From Macrostomum lignano (taxonomy: Eukaryota): DNA of 64,000 nucleotides. Shown here in pieces: positions 15,408-27,300 of this stretch (position 1 is its first letter; each line of letters starts with the position of its first letter). The position numbers and the translations under genes were made by a program. Under the pieces are notes generated by a model that was not told the DNA's origin, did no database searches, and saw only the letters and a list, made by a program, of their open reading frames with translations. The stretch is from assembly GCA_002269645.1 (NCBI GenBank), contig NIVC01000481.1, forward strand, positions 414,575 through 478,574. The letters are read 5' to 3'.

Positions 15408-16330
15408 TGACTGAGTGAGCGGAGAGGCAGATTCTGACTGACTGAGTGGGCGGAGAGGCAGATTCTGACTGACTGAGTGAGTGGAGAGCCAGATTCTGAC
15501 TGACTGAGTGAGCGGAGAGGCAGATTCTGACTGACTGAGTGAGCGGAGAGGCAGATTCTCAATGACTGAGTGAGCGGAGAGGCAGATTCTCAATGACTGA
15601 GTGAGCAGAGAGGCAGATTCTCAGTGACTGAGTGAGCGGAGAGGCAGATTCTCAATGACTGAGTGAGCGGAGAGGCAGATTCTCAATGACTGAGTGAGCG
15701 GAGAGGCAGATTCTCAATGACTGAGTGAGCGGAGAGGCAGATTCTCAATGACTGAGTGAGCGGAGAGGCAGATTCTCAATGACTGAGTGAGCGGAGAGGC
15801 AGATTCTCAATGACTGAGTGAGCGGAGAGGCAGATTCTCAATAACTGAGTGAGCGGAGAGGCAGATTCTCAATGACTGAGTGAGCGGAGAGGCAGATTCT
15901 CAATGACTGAGTGAGCAGAGAGGCAGATTCTCAATGACTGAGTGAGCAGAGAGGCAGATTCTCAATGACTGAGTGAGCGGAGAGGCAGATACTCAATGAC
16001 TGAGTGAGCAGAGAGGCAGATTCTCAATGACTGAGTGAGCGGAGAGGCAGATTCTCAATGACTGAGTGAGCGGAGAGGCAGATTCTCAATGGCTGAGTGA
16101 GCGGAGAGGCAGATTCTCAATGACTGAGTGAGTGGAGAGGCAGATTCTCAATGACTGAGTGAGCGGAGAGGCAGATTCTCAGTGACTGAGTTAGCGAAGA
16201 GGCAGATTCTCAATGACTGAGTGAGCGGAGGGGCAGATTCTCAATGACTGAGTGAGCGGAGAGGCAGATTCTCAGTGACTGAGTGAGCGGAGAGGCAGAT
16301 TCTCAGTGACTGAGTAAGCGGGGGAGAGGC
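15408..16330. repeat. 31-bp minisatellite (TGACTGAGTGAGCGGAGAGGCAGATTCTCAA)n, about 29 copies
   Basis: GAGCGG recurs at 15541 and 15572. Confidence 0.95.
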
Positions 16331-16920
16331 AGATTCCCAGAGGCGGCTTCAAAACGGTAAAATTCTTAAACAAAAGTAAAAACTCTGCCCTTCTGTTATT
16401 TCCCGTCGGGTTTCCTGCTAGCAACGCTAATTAGCCCAATAACGTGCAAAGGAATAATTAAAAACTGCAATCAGATCTAAGTAGGAAAGTAGGAAAAGTT
16501 TGAAAAGATAACCTTGTCTTCTGAGGTATTTTTACGAGTTGTCGAAATTCATTTCAACGAGACTAAGGATGAGCTTTAATGAGCAGGTATGAAGGTATGT
16601 AGAAGTATATATTACTAAGTAGGCATTATAGCGAGCCTAATGTCGGGACACGGACACACAGAAGATCATTTGATGACAGCAAGACTTTATATCCCAGAAA
16701 ATGAGCGGTTATTAGAGAACGCTATTTGACAGGAAGGAGCGACAATATTTCGAGCAGGTTAATAATATATTCATTAAATTCATAATTTGTGTGGCAGTTT
16801 TGTTCGCTAGAGAAAGTAATTAATTGATGTCATAAAAAATTTGACCGCAACAGGTAAAGGCGCGTACTTCAATAGATTTACTATGATAGTTTCTTTAATC
16901 TGCAACTTTTGTAGCTTGCA

Positions 16921-18080
16921 CGCGATTCTCATGATGGTTTGCAGGCGATTCTCATGACGGTTTACAGGCGATTCTCATGACGGTTTACAGGCGATTCTCA
17001 TGACGGTTTACAGGCGATTCTCATGACGGTTTACAGGCGATTCTCATGATGGTTTACAGGCGATTCTCATGACGGTTTACAGGCGATTCTCATGGTTTAC
17101 AGGCGATTCTCATGATGGTTTGCAGGCGATTCTCATGACGGTTTACAGGCTATTCTCATGGCGGTTTACAGGCGATTCTCATGATGGTTTACAGGCGATT
17201 CTCATGATGGTTTACAGGCTATTCTCATGACGGTTTACAGGCGATTCTCATGATGGTTTACAGGCGATTCTCATGACGGTTTACAGGCTATTCTCATGGC
17301 GGTTTACAGGCGATTCTCATGATGGTTTACAGGCTATTCTCATGACGGTTTACAGGCGATTCTCATGACGGTTTACAGGCGATTCTCATGACGGTTTACA
17401 GGCTATTCTCATGATGGTTTACAGGCTATTCTCATGATGGTTTACAGGCGATTCTCATGACGGTTTACAGGCTATTCTCATGATGGTTTACAGGCGATTC
17501 TCATGACGGTTTACAGGCTATTCTCATGACGGTTTACAGACGATTCTCATGGCGGTTTACAGGCTATTCTCATGATGGTTTACAGGCTATTCTCATGATG
17601 GTTTACAGGCGATTCTCATGATGGTTTACAGGCTATTCTCATGACGGTTTACAGGCTATTCTCATGACGGTTTACAGACGATTCTCATGATGGTTTACAG
17701 GCTATTCTCATGAAGGTTTACAGGCGATTCTCATGACGGTTTACAGGCTATTCTCATGACGGTTTACAGACGATTCTCATGGCGGTTTACAGGCTATTCT
17801 CATGATGGTTTACAGGCTATTCTCATGATGGTTTACAGGCGATTCTCATGATGGTTTACAGGCTATTCTCATGACGGTTTACAGGCTATTCTCATGACGG
17901 TTTACAGACGATTCTCATGATGGTTTACAGGCTATTCTCATGAAGGTTTACAGGCGATTCTCATGACGGTTTACAGGCTATTCTCATGACGGTTTACAGG
18001 CGATTCTCATGGCGGTTTACAGGCTATTCTCATGATGGTTTACAGGCTATTCTCATGGCGGTTTACAGGCGATTCTCATG
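16921..18080. repeat. 23-bp minisatellite (CGATTCTCATGACGGTTTACAGG)n, about 50 copies
   Basis: CGGTTT recurs at 16981 and 17004. Confidence 0.95.
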
Positions 18081-18084
18081 ATGG

Positions 18085-19500
18085 ACAGATTTAATCCACG
18101 CCTCTTGGCGTACGTCCTGCATGTTCTTGCCCTCTTTCAAGTTGTTTCAGAGGAGGTTCGTGTTTGTTGCTCCAAAAGTATCGGTAACAATTGTCGATCA
18201 AGCTTTGTAGCTCGCGTGTTTCCTTTACAGAACATGGTCTTGTGCTGCTGTTTTTTGCTTGTTTTCTTACCTATGCGGCTTTTCGTGTAGCTGAGACCCC
18301 TAACTCGTCCTCAAATGCCACTTGCGCGGCGTTTGCGGTTTTTCAAATCCGCTTGTTTTGTTCCGATCCAGCAGCCGTGGAAGTGGGTCGCCTTGTTGAT
18401 CTGTCCTTCCAAAGACTGTGTACTTTTCTATTTGTCGTCGTTGGTGTGTTCTTCGAAGGTGTTCATTTTGGAGTTCACAGTTAAAACGTTCTGGGTACTG
18501 CAGCTCTCTGCATAATCACCCTCCTTTCCGCGTATGCGATAGCTCGTTGTCACATGCAGGTGGATGTTGGTTTGTAAGAAGCTTCTCTTGAGTCCTAGGC
18601 GGTTAAGCATCCTCCATAGCTCAAGTTTATTCACGCCTTCTTTAGATCAAGTAGATCTGCTATTTCGGAAGCCGCTTTGGTTTTCACTGAGTATGCTCTC
18701 TCTCTCCGCCAATGTTTTTTGGAAATGTTATGCAATACAGACTATTTCTTTCTGGGTTTTTTAATCTGCTTCGTTGATCAGGGGCGTCGCCATGGATTTT
18801 ATGGTGCTGGGGGACAAAGCCAAGAGTTCAACATGTACATGACTAAATTGCTAAATGGCACTCATTTTAGCGTCGAAGGCGCTATATTTTGGCGCCCTGT
18901 TATTGATTTCCACAAGGGGCACACGGGGGGGACAAAGCATTGACACGTCCCCCCATTAGCTTTTACTGGGGGGGGGACATGTCTCCCCTGTCGTTGATGT
19001 TCGTAGCACATCCTTGACTCAATCCTTCTTTGTTGCTGATTCTTTCATCGCTTGCCGAATTTCCTACTCGGTTGGTCTTGTGTTGATGTTTTGGTTTGCC
19101 TCTATTGCTTCCTTGTTTTGTATTATAGGTCATGCATTCTGCCCACTTCGCTGAAGATTTTCTCTCGTTGTATTTGGAATCGGACTTTCGAAGTGTTCAA
19201 TGAAGTGCTCTGATCTTTGTGTCCCTGCGTGTGGTTTTCTCGTTCTTTGTGAGTCTCTTTTTGTATGCTTTGTAAATTCTGCGGATCGCCCTCGGGCTGC
19301 TCGCTTCGACGCTCTCCTATCATTTCTTCCCTTCCCTTTTGTCATCATTAGATTTATGCTTCATTCGTTTACTTGCGTCCGCCTTTTGCAAAAATCTCTA
19401 CTCTTAATTGGTGATCACGTTTGCTCATTTTCGGCGGCCACTAATTTTGAATTTTTGGAACAGCCATGGACCTTAATTTACTGAGGTGCATTCTGTTGCG
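18085..19500 (-). mobile_element. Decayed non-LTR retrotransposon (LINE) remnant
   Basis: Minus-strand translation of about 18500-18694 gives ILSENQSGFRNSRST, then DLKKA and VNKLELWRMLNRLG. These match non-LTR RT motifs (EQxGFRxxRST, DxxKAFDxV) with internal deletions and stops. A basic ORF1-like start (MTKGKGRNDRRASKR) lies at 19348. Boundaries are approximate. Confidence 0.7.
18779..18990. mobile_element. 212-bp hAT-type MITE nested in the LINE remnant
   Basis: Termini CAGGGGCGTC and GTCTCCCCTG (8/10 inverted match); perfect 8-bp TSD TCGTTGAT (18771-18778 and 18991-18998). Confidence 0.85.
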
Positions 19501-19744
19501 CATAGATTCGAATGATGGTTTCTTGGCGATTTTTTATGAAAATTGTTTAAAGATCAAGAAGAGCTTTGTAATTAGCAAACAAGACTATCAAAGAGATAAA
19601 AAAGTAAAATAATTTGTGCTTGAGCGTGCGTGCTGCCTCAGTCGCATTAAAAGTCAAAGCAAACGCATGCCCTGTGCACGCCACAGAACAAGGCAGAGAA
19701 GGTCGCTGAGGGTAACAGACTGACAGCTTTACTTGTGAAACATA

Positions 19745-19891
19745 CCGACAGACAGGCAGACAGACAGACAGGCAGACAGATAGACAGAGACAGACAGACA
19801 GACAGGCAGGCAGGCAGACAGACAGACAGAAAGACAGACAAACAGACAGACAGACAGACAGGCAGGCAGGCAGACAGACAGACAGGAAGGC

Positions 19892-19926
<35 letters not shown>

Positions 19927-20172
19927 GACAGGCAGGCAGGCAGGCAGGCAGGCAGACAGACAGACAGACAGACAGGCAGGCAGACATACAGACAGACAGA
20001 CAGTCAGGCAGACAGACAGACAGACAGACAGGCAGACATACAGACAGACAGGCAGACAGACAGGCAGGCAGACAGACAGGCAGACAGACAGGCAGACAGA
20101 CAGGCAGGCAGGCAGACAGGCAGACAGACAGACAGACAGACAGACAGGCAGACAGACACAGACAAGCAGATA
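19745..20172. repeat. (GACA/GGCA)n compound microsatellite
   Basis: Read directly from the sequence. Confidence 0.93.
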
Positions 20173-20749
20173 GACTTGTTTTCAACAGCAATAAGACTAC
20201 AGTTGAGAAAGCAGTGTTTAAAAATTCATCACAGAAGAGCAATCAATCACAGTTTCAATACTGGGTGGAAATGTAGGAATATTTTATTTTCTTAATAACC
20301 TCACACAATATTGGTAGCAGGTTACCATCGCATGATTTAGAGCAACTAAAATGACGAAGAATACCATTACAATTTAATCATTATAAGAATCAACATAAGA
20401 ATACAATAGAATAGAAATATAATTGATAATTTTAGAAAAAAAATCATTTGTCTTTCAAGTGACCTTTGATTGTGGAATTGAGCAACAGAGGAAATGTAAA
20501 GTTGATATGAACTTATAAATCCCAAAAATAGTAATCATAATCAAATATTCAGCAAAGATGTTACGAATGAAGAATGAAAAAAAAACTGTAAACAAGTTCG
20601 ATGCTCGATCAAATTTCTCTGCAAATTGAATTAAACTAGGAATTTTCACAAAAATTCTGCTCCGCACAAGAAGGCAAAACGTGTGACAAATATTTCTGTA
20701 CAGGGGTTATTTGTCACTGACTCTCAGAGGTACTTCTACTGGTTTTAGG

Positions 20750-21245
20750 GGGGGGGGGGAATTTCTCACTAGCTGTAAAAGGGATTTCTCACTGGCTGTA
20801 GAGGGAATTCCTCAGTGGCTGTAGGGGGGATTTCTTACTAAATGCAGGGGAATTCTTCAAGAAATGTAGGGGGAATTCCCCACTGGCTATAAGTGGAATT
20901 ATTCACGAAATGTAGGAGGAATTCCCCACTGGCTATAAGGGGAATTCTCCATTTAATTTAGAAGGTATTCCTTACTTGATGTATGGGGAATTCTTCACTA
21001 AATGCAGGAGGAATTCCTCGCTGGCTGCAAGGGGAATTCTTCACTTAACTTAGAGGGTATTCCTCACTAAATGTAGGGGGAATTCTTCACTTAACTTAGA
21101 GGGTATTCCTCACTAAATTTAGGGGGAATTCTTCACTTAACTTAGAGGGTATTCCTCACTGGCTGTAGGGGGAACCATTCACTGGCTTTAGGAGTACTTC
21201 TAACTAGCGGTAGGGGGAATTTCTCAGGGCTGAGGAGGGAATTGT
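20750..21245. repeat. Degenerate minisatellite of about 22 bp (GGGGAATTCYTCACT core) downstream of the HPS5-like stop
   Basis: The GGGAATT..CACT core recurs about every 22 nt. Confidence 0.75.
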
Positions 21246-21308
21246 TGCTAATGAATCTAAGCAAATGACTCAACTAAGAATTTAAAGCATCTGGAGCTGT
21301 GAAAAATC

Positions 21309-24300
21309 TCACGAGCAGCACACAGAACACGAACTGGTCCGCCGTGAGCCGACAAGGCAGCCGCCGTGAAACACGTGACCGCAACGAAAAGCTACAAAGT
21401 AACGTTCCGACTCGGCTTCAATTGACTCCGATTGAGTTGCCTCGTTAAACAGACAGCCAACGGTTAATGGTAAGCGACACCAGGCGCAATTAGTCTCGTC
21501 TGAGTCCATAGCAACGCCCCAGCAACGATTAGCTGAAGCAATAGCTCGCGATTCAGCAGGCGTCACAGATTCGTGTTGCCTGGCGGTGGAATTTTCAGCT
21601 GCAACTCGAATGCAATCGGCTACAAAGCCAGGGATCCGGTGCTCGTTAGCGTCACCAAGCAGACTGAGCACATGGGCTGGTGACAGGCCAATTTTAATTA
21701 GGGCCTGAGCGAGTCTATCCACAGTGACAGTGGGGCATGAGCGGCTGTCAGGCAGGACTGGATATTCAGTACCGCATTTGCCGCACCGCCGATGCTGCTG
21801 GTGATGCGGCTGAGCAAGCCTGGAGGCCAGCATGGTGCGCAGGGCCGCCTCAGGGTTGGAGCCGCTGTCTGCAAACGGAGAGAACAGCGAGAAGGGATGG
21901 AGCTTTTTGAGGAGTTTGCATGCTTAGTTGCTAGGCAGTGCAATCACTGAGGTGAAATAGCAGTGACATTATTTTGAAATCCATTTTGCAGTGACATCTC
22001 AGTCAGTGACATCTCAGTCAGTGACATTTCAATCAGTGACATCTCATTCAGTGACATCTCATTCAGTGACATTTCAATCAGTGACATCTCATTCAGTGAC
22101 ATTTCAATCAGTGACATCTCATTCAGTGACATTTCAATCAGTGACCTCTCATTCAGTGACATTTCAATCAGTGACATCTCATTCAGTGACATCTCATTCA
22201 GTGACATCTCATTCAGTGACATCTCATTCAGTGACATTTCAATCAGTGACATCTCATTCAGTGACATCTCATTCAGTGACATTTCAATCAGTGACATCTC
22301 ATTCAGTGACATCTCATTCAGTGACATTTCAATCAGTGACATCTCATTCAGTGACATTTCAATCAGTGACATCTCATTCAGTGACATTTCAATCAGTGAC
22401 ATCTCATTCAGTGACATTTCAATCAGTGACATCTCATTCAGTGACATCTCATTCAGTGACATTTCAATCAGTGACATCTCATTCAGTGACATCTCATTCA
22501 GTGACATTTCAATCAGTGACATCTCATTCAGTGACATCTCATTCAGTGACATTTCAATCAGTGACATCTCATTCAGTGACATTTCAATCAGTGACATCTC
22601 ATTCAGTGACATTTCAATCAGTGACAACTCAGTCAGTGACATTTCATTCAGTGACATTTCAATCAGTGACATCTCATTCAGTGACATTTCAATCAGTGAC
22701 ATCTCATTCAGTGACATCTCATTCAGTGACATTTCAATCAGTGACATCTCATTCAGTGACATTTCAATCAGTGACATCTCATTCAGTGACATTTCAATCA
22801 GTGACATCTCATTCAGTGACATCTCATTCAGTGACATTTCAATCAGTGACATCTCATTCAGTGACATTTCAATCAGTGACATCTCATTCAGTGACATTTC
22901 AATCAGTGACAACTCAGTCAGTGACATTTCATTCAGTGACATCTCATTCAGTGACATTTCATTCAGTGACATCTCATTCAGTGACATTTCAATCTGTGAC
23001 CTCTCATTCAGTGACATTTCAATCAGTGACCTCTCATTCAGTGACATTTCAATCAGTGACATCTCAGTCAGTGACATCTCATTTTTGCAGTAAAATTGTA
23101 GTCTAATTCTTAGACTTCTAAAATGATGTTATAATAAAGATATCTATAAGTGCCCAGTCACAGGCGGTTTCACGTAGCCTCAAAACTAATTGAAGTCAAA
23201 CGCACATGCTTTCGAATTCTAACATCACAGAGAAATGTTAATACACAGTTGGTTGAGCATCATCAAAACTTGTTGAAATACTGAAGTCATATATAGGCAA
23301 AAATATTTCCATCTAATTAAGGCAGAAGTTTTTTGACCAAGAAAAAGTCACGTTTGACTGCTAAGAAAAAATTACATAATTAGGAGCAGCAAAAGTGAAG
23401 AAAAAATCACGTGCATATTATAATAACGCAGAAAGCAACGCAGCTCACCAACAATGTAATCCAATAGCTGGCCATTGTCCAACTGCAGGCACCAGAATGC
23501 CAAATGAGAGGTCCAACACAGCCGCTTCAATAGATGAATGGCTGGGGATAGCTGACTGGAGAGAGTATGGGATAGGCAAGAGAAACACGCATTATTTATT
23601 TTAAGTCTGGGCTCAGCAAACTTTTTTATCTCAAGGGCCAGGTAGAAAACCTAGCGCATGACTGCGGGCCAAATGGGGGAGAGGAGAGGGAATAGAGATG
23701 AGAGAAGAGAGGAGAGGAGAGGAGAGGAGAGGGGAGGGGAGGGGAGGAGAGAAGAGAGGAGAGGAGAGAAGAGGAGAGGAGAGAAGAGGAGAGAAGAGGA
23801 GAGGAGAGAAGAGAAAAGGAGAGGAGAGAAGAGGAGAGAAGAGGAGAGAAGAGGAGAGAAGAGGAGAGGAGAGAAGAGGAGAGGAGAGGAGAGGAGAGAA
23901 GAGGAGAGAAGAGGAGGGGAGAGAAGTGGAGAGGAGAGAAGTGGAGAGGAGAGAAGAGGAGGGGAGAGAAGTGGAGAGGAGAGAAGAGGAGAGGAGAGAA
24001 GAGAGTAGAGGAGAGAAGAGACTAGAGAGAAGAGAGATGAGAAGAGACACAAGCCTTGAGCGGGCCAGATTGCTATTGTGAAGTTTCAAAGGACCCGAGG
24101 GCCGGAGGCTTCGCTAACCGGAGTTTGCCGACCCCTGCTCTAAGTAGAGTAAACTAACTAATATTAGGCGCGTAATAAATTACTAATAAAAACTTACTGC
24201 CGTTTAACAAGGTAGCTATAGAGCTGCTGCATATCAATTTTAGGATTAGGACCCTCGCTTCGAGAACAGATTTCGTCCAGAGTGACTTGCTGGCTAACAT

Positions 24301-27300
24301 CCGTTAGATCGATACTGAAAGAATACCGAAAAACGCTAATTTTACTACTGGCTCAAGTTAGTAGTAAGAAACGGCGAGAATAAAATAAAGTACCGAAAAA
24401 CGCTAATTCTATTACATGTAACAACTATACATAAGTAGTGTAATCAGAACAATACCTTGTTGTTAAAGGAAATCGGCAGTAGTCGCAGCCTTTTTCATCC
24501 TTCATCATCGGAAAGGATTCTGAGTTGCCGTTGCACCAGCCAAAACGCTGCCCGCCCAATGCCAGAAGGCCGCGAGCGCCAAGCTGGCGCAGAGTGGCGC
24601 TCAGATCGGCGCTTGATGGCGCCGAACTGAAAAATGTACAGTAATTATTCTATATGGTTACACACTGTGACACTGGGTGTGACATTTGGTGTGACACTGG
24701 GTGTGACATTTGGTGTGACACTGGGTGTGACATTGGATGTGACACTTTATGTGACACTGGGTGTGACACTTTAGGTGACACTGGGTGTGACACTTTATGT
24801 GACACTGGGTGTGACACTTTATGTGACACTGGGTGTGCCACTTTATGTGACACTGGGTGTGACATTGGATGTGGCACTGAGTGTGACAATTTATGCGACA
24901 CTATGTGACAATGGGTGTGACACTTTATGTGACAGTGGGTGTGACACTTTATGTGACAGTGGGTGTGACACTTTATGTGACACTGGGTGTGATACTTTAT
25001 GTGACACTGGGTGTGACACTTTATGTGACACTGGGTGTGACACTTTATGTGACACTGGGTGTGACACTTTATGTGACACTTTATGTGACACTGGGTGTGA
25101 CACTTTATGTGACACTTTATGTGACAGTGGGTGTGACACTTTATGCGACACTGGGTGTGACACTTTATGTGACACTGGGTGTGACACTTTATGTGACACT
25201 GGGTGTGACACTTTAGGTGACACTGGGTGTGACACTTTATGTGACACTGGGTGTGACACTTTATGTGACACTGGGTGTGACACTTTATGTGACAGTGGGT
25301 GTGACACTTTATGTGACACTGGGTGTGACACTTTATGTGATACTGGGTGTGACACATTATGTGACACTGGGTGTGACACTTTATGTGACACTGGGTGTGA
25401 CACATTATGTGACACTGGGTGTAACACTTTATGTGACACTGGGTGTGACACTTTATGTGACACTGGGTGTGACACTTTTTGTGACACTGGGTGTGACACT
25501 TTATGTGACACTGGGTGTGACACTTTATGTGACACTGGGTGTGACACTTTATGTGACACTAGGTTTGACACTTTGTGACAGTGGGTGTGACACTTTATGC
25601 GACACTAGGTTTGACACTTTGTGACAGTGGGTGTGACACTTTGTGACACTGGGTGTGACACTTTATGTGACACTGGGTGTGGCACTACAAGGTTAACAGT
25701 TGATGTTAAGGGCTACGAAAAAGCAGACAACATCCCTAATATCTTACTTGTCAGTAGGCAGTAGAGCATTTGCCTTCTCATTAATCATGCTATCCACAAA
25801 GGAGGCAAACTCCGCTGCATTGCCGGTCAACCGGTACAACAGGAACAGTTCATCGCGTTGAAAAAAATACAAATGATTTAGCAGAAAATTCCTTATGTCC
25901 GACTTGTGACTATTAAAATTTCTGAAAATAAATATAGGTCGTATGTATATATTTAGCACAAAAACTATAGTCAAAGGACTCGTTAAGTCTTACTTAATCA
26001 GTAGTAGCATAGTCTCCATAGAGGCCAAGGCGGATGGCGACCTGCCCAGACTTGACAGCAATGATTTACAGCTGGCGTCCACCAGTTTCGGCAGTTCAGA
26101 GCTCTCGCATTGCCACAGTTTGTCTGCGGTTTAACAGCGAAATAAGCTACGTTACACACTACTTTTAGTAAACAAAAAATTTAGTTCAAGATTACTATAA
26201 AACGCTATTTAGACTACTTCTAACGAATTCGAGCATATTTCTAGCGGGATTATAGCCTAGTGGTTAGAGCGTCGGTCTCACGACGGAAAGGTCGGGGGTT
26301 CGATTCTTGATTCACTCGGAACAATTGTTTGTCCTTGAGCACTTAACTCAGCATTGCTTCAGTTCATCCAGTTGTAAAATGGGTACCAGCATTGGCTGGG
26401 GGAATTGAGGTTGCAATTGTTTAAAGAATAAAAAATGCTTTTAACACTACTTCAAGTAGCAAATATTCTACTTAAAATTTTCGGGAAAAATCCTTTTTAC
26501 ACTACTTGCAAGTAGACAGTCAAGGATAATAGCAGTTTAATCGGTAGGAAAAATCAGATTTACTCACTCCAACAGAAACTGAGCACTTGAACAGTGTCAG
26601 AAGCTTCCAGACTCAATGCTTCATCTGCTCCGCAAGCCAACCGACGAACTGTAGCCCAATCAACTTGTTGAACAAATCCGTCAGCTTCCAGATCCAGATT
26701 AGACATCAGTTCAGACTGAGGCTTGGCCGTTATAATGACAACTTTCAGCAGTTCATCAATCGGTGAAGATGCTGCATTGCTGTCAATCTGACAGGCTCTG
26801 ACAGGTCTGACTGTCAACCAATCAGCGTCAGTCTGCACTGATTTATCCCTAGCCGAGCCAACAGCATCGGCAACAGAAGAACCCGACAATATCGAGGCCG
26901 ATGACTTATCGACAGTCAGTCTCAGAGCGACAATCCAGCCTAACAGGCAGCTTAATTCCGATTTCAATTTTTCCGCTATTGGAAACGATCTTGTTGACAT
27001 TGGCAACCAGGCTGTTTGAGTCTGGGCAGTGCTAACAGGTGCACTACTACTACTAGCAGTAGTTTGACAGAATGCGCCGTTAGTAGCCAGATAACTCAGA
27101 CGCTTTCTAGATAACTCAGCCAACAGATTAGCTAAATCCAACAAGCGATTAACGCAGTCCACGGGTGCCGCCTCGGCGCTTACAAGTCTCTGATGAAGCG
27201 TCAGGGATTCTGCTTCCAGCTTAACCAGGTCGGCCGGCTCCAGGCCGGCAAACTGGTCAGCGGCGGTCAGTTCCGACGGCGAGCCGGGCCTGGCAGCCAG

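Noticed and set aside
19547-19740. Possible exon next to the (GACA)n array
   Set aside because: No recognisable protein motif and no consistent splice partners.
21944-23106. 377-aa and 371-aa repeat ORFs
   Set aside because: Translations of the intronic 15-bp array.
24650-25624. Cys-rich (CDTGCDTL)n ORF resembling an antifreeze or metallothionein repeat protein
   Set aside because: It lies within phase-validated HPS5 intron 8, on the antisense strand, and is a translation of the 12/24-bp minisatellite.
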